Source: Promethearchaeota archaeon (GTDB lineage: Archaea > Asgardarchaeota > Lokiarchaeia > Sigyniarchaeales > SOKP01). Taken from it: a stretch of 11,302 nucleotides of DNA. Position numbers and translations under genes: made by a program. Positions 6,547 to 11,302 of this stretch are shown piece after piece. The stretch covers positions 1-11,302 of the forward strand of contig JAHLWH010000081.1 of the NCBI GenBank assembly GCA_019058015.1, in the 5' to 3' direction. The notes beneath the pieces are model-generated. The model saw only the letters and a list, made by a program, of their open reading frames with translations. It was not told where the DNA came from and did no database searches. Positions within the stretch are counted from its first letter, which is position 1; each line of letters starts with the position of its first letter.

Positions 6547-7350
6547 TTAATCAGGATTATTAAATAAATACTTTTTAATTAATAGATTTTTCCCCTGAGG
6601 TAGAATTAAAAATATCCCATCGATTTCAAGAATACTCAAAAAATCTATATACTCTTTTGCAAATTTTAGACTTACATTTAATTGATTTTCTGAATTTTTC
6701 ATCTCTTTTAATAGATCATCTGGAATATTTAAATTTAAAAATTTTTGAGCAAATTTTACCTGTTCTGCATCTAAAAAAACTCCAAGTTTGATAAATACTG
6801 ATAAATCTAATGATTTCGCCTCTTGGATGAATGGAATAAAAATAGAAGGTTCATAATTTTCAGGTAAAAGGATAAAATCAAAACCAGCAATTTTTAAATC
6901 GTTAAAAAACATTGTATCGGCACCAATCTCATCAAAGGACAAACCGAAACAAATATTCGAGACATCGCTTGTTAAGTCTGATTTGACTTCAGATACTACA
7001 TCAAGTAAATCCTCGTAATTATGTTTTTCAGAATAAAACATTATTGTTTTTATTCCTAACTCATTCGCAGTATAAATATTTGATATGACAACATTGATAT
7101 CTCTATTATCTAAATTAATCTCATATATGATATTATCATAATCTTTAATAAATAATTCAATAGTTGAAAGTGGAGCTAATGAAAACCGATTCTCTACATT
7201 TTCATCTATTATCGCTATACCATCAACAGAATTTTTGAATTTTTCTATTTGTTCGAGAAATATCTCTTGTTTATCCTTCTCTGGAGCATCCAAAAATTCT
7301 ATTTTAAGAACTGCTTTGTCTCTTTCTTTTGCTAAATTATTTAGGTTGAT
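6547..7350 (-). CDS. Divergent methylenetetrahydrofolate reductase (MetF)-like TIM-barrel protein, probably catalytically inactive; probable non-canonical ATC start at 7350 (ORF track starts at TTG 7293)
   Basis: Colinear with the MetF at 8578-9510: KIEFLDAPEK/TGELEPTK, GIAIID/AANVTD, YEINLDNRD/YQMTVRDRN, LGIKTIM/VGIKNVL, KIAGFDFI/KVAVGADYI, LNIPDDLLKEMK/VSVPKDLLKSLK, DGIFL/AGIHC. The frame is open 19 codons upstream of the TTG, and GGTGA lies 7 nt before the ATC. Confidence 0.75.
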   Translation of the reverse strand: MNLNNLAKERDKAVLKIEFLDAPEKDKQEIFLEQIEKFKNSVDGIAIIDENVENRFSLAPLSTIELFIKDYDNIIYEINLDNRDINVVISNIYTANELGIKTIMFYSEKHNYEDLLDVVSEVKSDLTSDVSNICFGLSFDEIGADTMFFNDLKIAGFDFILLPENYEPSIFIPFIQEAKSLDLSVFIKLGVFLDAEQVKFAQKFLNLNIPDDLLKEMKNSENQLNVSLKFAKEYIDFLSILEIDGIFLILPQGKNLLIKKYLFNNPD

Positions 7351-7357
7351 CTATTTT

Positions 7358-7362
7358 TCACC
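7358..7362 (-). promoter_or_regulatory. Shine-Dalgarno-like GGTGA
   Basis: Minus strand reads GGTGA-AAAATAG-ATC, in front of the metF-like frame. Confidence 0.55.
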
Positions 7363-7425
7363 GAATTATGGTAAAAATAAAAATTCAGAATTCAAATGTA
7401 ATTAATATTCAAAATAAATTAAATC

Positions 7426-7445
7426 TATTATTTTGCAAAATAATA
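7426..7445. promoter_or_regulatory. Perfect 20-bp palindrome TATTATTTTGCAAAATAATA (operator or terminator candidate)
   Basis: Exactly self-complementary. It lies in the spacer between the methyltransferase stop and the metF-like start, and the half-site AAAATAATA repeats at 7448-7456. Confidence 0.5.
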
Positions 7446-7462
7446 TGAAAATAATACATGGT

Positions 7463-7999
7463 TTAAATCTTATAATAATTGAATATTAAACTATCTTCAA
7501 TTGAACCCCAATGAACCATAGGTACCTGTAATTTCCTTTTAAAAACAATATTGTTTTTAATTAATTGATTATTAACTTCTTCTAAATCTACATCGTACTC
7601 TTTAGTATGAGTTATATAATAAGATAGAAAACCTCCTATCTTTAAAAGACGTTTAACTTCTTGTAAAAACACATGCCGGTCCTCTTTATTTAAAAGGTGA
7701 AACACATCATATATTAAAATAACATTGAGTGAATTATTTTCCAAGGGAACTGGAATCTCACCAGTAGTCTCAATAATTTCAATATTTTTTATTTTTAAAG
7801 AATTGATCTTTCTTTTTAATTCCTTTATTTTTTCTCCATTCTTATCAAGAGCATAAATTATACCAGTAGAACCGACAATTTTTGATGCAATTATTGAATA
7901 TATTCCTGAACCACACCCAAAATCCAATACCTTTTGTCCTTTCCTAATTCCTACTTGCTTAAGAATATTTTCTCCTTCAGATTTTAACCATTTTTCCAT
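7463..7999 (-). CDS. Class I SAM-dependent methyltransferase (178 aa)
   Basis: Motif I VLDFGCGSG, then IYALD, NVILIYDVFH and LLKIGG. The start is reassigned to ATG 7999 (MEKWLK) because the listed 8134 start overlaps lrp and reads through intergenic-like sequence. Confidence 0.9.
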   Translation of the reverse strand: MEKWLKSEGENILKQVGIRKGQKVLDFGCGSGIYSIIASKIVGSTGIIYALDKNGEKIKELKRKINSLKIKNIEIIETTGEIPVPLENNSLNVILIYDVFHLLNKEDRHVFLQEVKRLLKIGGFLSYYITHTKEYDVDLEEVNNQLIKNNIVFKRKLQVPMVHWGSIEDSLIFNYYKI

Positions 8000-8081
8000 A
8001 ATATTGACTAATCTTACAAAATAATTATTTTGTCTGTAAAGTTTAATAATGGAATAAAAATAAAAAATTTTGAAATCTTTA

Positions 8082-8528
8082 CTAAGAATTTCTATCTTCC
8101 TTGATAGATCGAAGTACAACGCAAACAGATTCAACTTGTTCTATATCTCCTCTTGCCTTTAATGATTCGACTAAAGCATCTAATTCTGCTAAATCCGAGA
8201 CATTTACTTTAATTAATAAACCACATCTTCCCGCTAAAGAGAAAATCTCAGCCAATTCTGGATATGGTCTTATATCTCTTATTAAATCTTTTAAATTCTC
8301 AGATTTAGGGATTAGCGTCAGAAATGCACTGATTTTTTTTTCATCGAGATCTTCACCTAACCTAATTGTGAATTTATCAATAACACCCCCTTCTTGAAGT
8401 TTAATAACTCTCTTTCTTACTGTGGATTCCGAGAGACCCACTTCATCCGCAATCTCTCTATATGGTCTTCTGGAATCTTCCATAAGCATTGTGATTATTT
8501 TTCTATCAGTTTTATCTAATTTTTTCAT
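8082..8528 (-). CDS. Lrp/AsnC family transcriptional regulator
   Basis: N-terminal HTH LDKTDRKIITMLMEDSRRPYREIADEVGLSESTVRKRVIKLQEGGVI followed by a RAM-type ligand domain (SLAGRCGLLIKV). Confidence 0.95.
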   Translation of the reverse strand: MKKLDKTDRKIITMLMEDSRRPYREIADEVGLSESTVRKRVIKLQEGGVIDKFTIRLGEDLDEKKISAFLTLIPKSENLKDLIRDIRPYPELAEIFSLAGRCGLLIKVNVSDLAELDALVESLKARGDIEQVESVCVVLRSIKEDRNS

Positions 8529-8577
8529 CTTCGAAATAAACGCTCTGTTTGCTTTAATCTTTTAATTTATTTTAGAT

Positions 8578-9510
8578 TTATCTAAATTCCTTCAGTAAGG
8601 GCTCGAATAAACGCTCATAATGGACTGCCATACAGTGTATTCCCGCGGCTTGCGTTGATTTTTTAATCTCACGAATAAAGGGAACGAAGAATTCCAGATT
8701 TATTTCATCGACTTTTTTATTTCTTTCTTTTTTATCTTTAATACTTTTCTTTGCTGACTTTAAACTTTTTAGTAAATCTTTTGGCACTGAAACTCCCGGG
8801 ATATATTTATCAAAATATGAAGCAATACCGTAATTTTTTAATGGGAATAATCCTAGTAAAATTGGACAATTATATCGTGACAATTCTTTAATAAAATCTT
8901 TTGCATCATCTATATCAAATGCAGTTTGAGTTTGTATATAATCTGCACCAACTGCTACTTTTCTTCCAACTTTAAGAATTTCTGCTTCCCGGGGACTTGC
9001 ATTTGGATTGGCTGCAATTCCTACATTCATCTCAACTTTTCCAGTTTCAATTTCATTTCCATATACATCTGTATTTTCATCAATCATTTTGCTTAATTGA
9101 TAAACAAATTGGGTAGAATCCAAATCAAAGACAGGCTTCGCACCTGGATTATCACCTAAAGCACTATGGTCTCCAGTTAGAGCAAGTACATTTTTAATCC
9201 CTACACAAGCGGCGGCTAAGATATCCCCAAATAATGCAATACGATTTCTATCACGTACAGTCATCTGATATACTGTTTCAAGACCAACCTTTTCTTGAAC
9301 TAGATATGATGGGATTAAACTATTAACATATGCCATTCCTTGTGGACCGTCAGTAACATTAGCTGCCACAACATATTCTTTCATTGCTTCTGCCGAGTGA
9401 ATGATTTCACTTATATCAACCATTTTGGTTGGTTCAAGCTCTCCAGTGAAGATAAACTTGCCAGTTTTTATTTCCTTCATAAGATCACTGAAAGCTGGAC
9501 GATCTCCCAT
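8578..9510 (-). CDS. metF: Methylenetetrahydrofolate reductase, flavin-binding subunit (MetVF type)
   Basis: GELEP, ANVTD, QMTVRDRNR, LALTGDH, KPVFDLDS, GADYIQTQ and AGIHCM motifs. It starts 1 nt after the metV stop. Confidence 0.93.
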   Translation of the reverse strand: MGDRPAFSDLMKEIKTGKFIFTGELEPTKMVDISEIIHSAEAMKEYVVAANVTDGPQGMAYVNSLIPSYLVQEKVGLETVYQMTVRDRNRIALFGDILAAACVGIKNVLALTGDHSALGDNPGAKPVFDLDSTQFVYQLSKMIDENTDVYGNEIETGKVEMNVGIAANPNASPREAEILKVGRKVAVGADYIQTQTAFDIDDAKDFIKELSRYNCPILLGLFPLKNYGIASYFDKYIPGVSVPKDLLKSLKSAKKSIKDKKERNKKVDEINLEFFVPFIREIKKSTQAAGIHCMAVHYERLFEPLLKEFR

Positions 9511-9511
9511 T

Positions 9512-10207
9512 TTATTTCTCCTCCTCCTTTTCTTCTATTGCATTAGTATATTCTTGGATTAACTCTAAATGACCAGGAGATGTCATTAGTCGATAATCCT
9601 TAGGGGGTCTAAATTTATTATAAAGATCCAACCTATTAAACTTTTTTAATCTCTCGTAAATTTGTATCCAAGCACAAGGATATTTATATCCTCCTACTTC
9701 ACAAAAGCCGTCAACTTGACCACCACAAGGTCCATTATGGAGTCCCTTCGCACAACTGGCAACTGGACAAATGCCTGCTGTTTCACCAAGCAAACATTCT
9801 CCACAAGTATCGCAATATTGTTCATAAAGATTATCCCCGTGATTTTCAGAAGCTCCAAACATACTATCTTGGGCTGGAAAAGTAAGTGTATCCTCAAAAA
9901 TCCTATTGAGCATAGAAACACCTAATCCACATGCAAGCGACACTATTGCCTTATATTCATCTATATAAGGTCTAACTGTTGTGCCTGCAATTCTATCATC
10001 ACACTGACGTAATACAGTGATTGCTTTCCAAGTTAAATTTTTACCATTCATTTTTGATTTAAGTTCCAACATTTGGCCTAAAACTTTTGCTTCGTTTATA
10101 CTTCTTGGAGGTTGACAACAACCATCACAACCAGCAATAAGGATCTTTGAATATGGTTTAATCATTTCATAGATCTCATCAATATCTTTTAGTTTTGTAA
10201 TTATCAT
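9512..10207 (-). CDS. metV: MetV, the Cys-rich Fe-S/zinc subunit of methylene-THF reductase (MTHFR_C domain protein)
   Basis: GCDGC, RQCD, LACGLGV, CDTCGEC..GICP..CAKGLHNGPCGG..GFCEV..CAW motifs, directly upstream of metF. Confidence 0.92.
   Translation of the reverse strand: MIITKLKDIDEIYEMIKPYSKILIAGCDGCCQPPRSINEAKVLGQMLELKSKMNGKNLTWKAITVLRQCDDRIAGTTVRPYIDEYKAIVSLACGLGVSMLNRIFEDTLTFPAQDSMFGASENHGDNLYEQYCDTCGECLLGETAGICPVASCAKGLHNGPCGGQVDGFCEVGGYKYPCAWIQIYERLKKFNRLDLYNKFRPPKDYRLMTSPGHLELIQEYTNAIEEKEEEK
9520..9524 (-). promoter_or_regulatory. Shine-Dalgarno GGAGG for metF, embedded in the metV 3' end
   Basis: Minus strand reads AAGGAGGAGGAGAAATAAAATG. The site is encoded by the terminal KEEEK codons, consistent with translational coupling. 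Confidence 0.7.
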
Positions 10208-10306
10208 CTCTCATCACGTTTTTGATTTTTTTCTCATAAATCATTTTATTAAAATTTATTTTCTATTTTGATTAAATTTTTTTACTCAAACAACAAATTA
10301 AATAAT

Positions 10307-11194
10307 TTAAATTTTTATTTTCAATTTTTCCAGTAATTTTCTTGGTCTAATTGCTCTTTTCATTATGTCCATATTTTCACTTTTTGGATTGATTCCAAAT
10401 GCTAGAGCCATAATTTCTGGTAGATGAATGACTGGAATTTCCATTTTTTCTTCTCTATCCCGATTTATTTTTCTTTCATGTAAATCATATTGTGATGTAC
10501 ATGCAGGACAAACGGTTATAAGGGCTTCAACTTTATTTTTCTCCAAATCTGTAAATTTAATTTCACATAGATCATCTCCAATCTCTTCATTCAATCTTGC
10601 ACAATAGCCACAACATGTTACGGCTTCTGAATATTGAATAACTTCTGCACCTAAAGCGCTTAAAATTTTATCCATTAATTCTGGACGTTCAGGATTGTCA
10701 AATTCTAAGATTTTACTAGGTCGAATTAAATGACATCCTGAATGTGAGGCTAACCTTATCCCTTCTAAAGGTAAACTAACTGCATTTTTTATTTTTTGTA
10801 TTATATCATCTTCAGAAAGAATCTCTGCAATGTTATATACTTTCGAAGTCCCTTTATATTCATAGCCAATCTTATTTAAAATTTTATTAACCATATCGAA
10901 ATATTTTTTATCTTTTCCTAACATCACATGAACGGTTTTTAAAGTTTCAAAACATCCAGAACAAACAGTTAATACATCTAATTTCATTTTCTCCGCCAAA
11001 GCTAGATTTCTCGCACCCAAAGTTAGCCATGTCTCTATTCCTAATGATTGTATTGCGACTGGTTCTGGACAACAGCTTGCACCATGTATCTCCTTTAACC
11101 CTATACCTAAAATATCACAAACAGCTCTTGTAGCTGCCTCTAGTTGAGGATATCTTAAAGGAATTGTACATCCCAAGAAAAATGCATAATCCAT
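10307..11194 (-). CDS. hdrB: Heterodisulfide reductase subunit B (two CCG domains)
   Basis: Both five-Cys sets are intact by hand count (C9, C41, C42, C78, C81 and C154, C194, C195, C229, C232). Also YAFFLGC, ARNLALAE, HSGCHLIRP and IPVIHL. Confidence 0.95.
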   Translation of the reverse strand: MDYAFFLGCTIPLRYPQLEAATRAVCDILGIGLKEIHGASCCPEPVAIQSLGIETWLTLGARNLALAEKMKLDVLTVCSGCFETLKTVHVMLGKDKKYFDMVNKILNKIGYEYKGTSKVYNIAEILSEDDIIQKIKNAVSLPLEGIRLASHSGCHLIRPSKILEFDNPERPELMDKILSALGAEVIQYSEAVTCCGYCARLNEEIGDDLCEIKFTDLEKNKVEALITVCPACTSQYDLHERKINRDREEKMEIPVIHLPEIMALAFGINPKSENMDIMKRAIRPRKLLEKLKIKI

Positions 11195-11203
11195 TATATT
11201 TTA

Positions 11204-11209
11204 ACCTCC
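11204..11209 (-). promoter_or_regulatory. Shine-Dalgarno GGAGGT for hdrB
   Basis: Minus strand reads AAGGAGGTTAAAATATAATG, with 9 nt spacing to the ATG at 11194. Confidence 0.75.
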
Positions 11210-11302
11210 TTTTTTTTTTTTTTTGGGGGTTGAAGTTTGTTTTAAAGTCGTGTTTATTTAAATTTTAAATTTATTGGATGTTTTTGGGGGGGATTTATTG
11301 GG

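Noticed and set aside
8000-8134. 45-aa N-terminal extension of the methyltransferase
   Set aside because: Overlaps the lrp 3' end and crosses a T-rich terminator-like tract. The domain starts after ATG 7999.
8101-8397. Listed 98-aa plus-strand ORF
   Set aside because: Antisense shadow of lrp.
9340-9925. Listed ORFs 9340..9546 (+), 9662..9925 (+) and 9694..9921 (-)
   Set aside because: Antisense or alternative-frame overlaps within the well-supported metF and metV, with no motifs.
10208-10306. Possible SECIS element in the hdrB-metV spacer (AUGA...UGA on minus)
   Set aside because: Only a weak AU stem forms, and none of the called genes has an internal TGA.

Overview
AT-rich window that reads as archaeal: TATA/BRE-type promoters, GGAGG/GGTGA ribosome-binding sites, and Lrp, GGR-family and HdrB genes. 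A WD40 propeller and a stand-alone Cdc48 N-domain protein suggest an Asgard (Lokiarchaeia-like) source, which is inference only. The right half is a minus-strand one-carbon/redox cluster: hdrB - metV - metF - lrp - SAM methyltransferase - a second, degenerate metF-like gene - WD40. The WD40 gene converges on a plus-strand pair (hypothetical protein, AAA-less Cdc48-N protein). The left half holds an ornithine cyclodeaminase/mu-crystallin gene, a class I/II PLP aminotransferase and a 5'-truncated geranylgeranyl-reductase-like gene. It also holds two things the ORF track misses: a GC-richer amino-acid ABC substrate-binding protein gene (1-387, minus) preceded by a 12-unit pentamer array, and a 158-codon plus-strand frame (555-1031) interrupted only by two in-frame TAG codons. 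The strongest candidates for novelty are the HdrB-MetVF module with its apparently catalytically dead MetF paralogue (probable ATC start), the Cdc48-N/WD40 pair and the amber-interrupted frame. All assignments come from manual motif reading; no searches were run.
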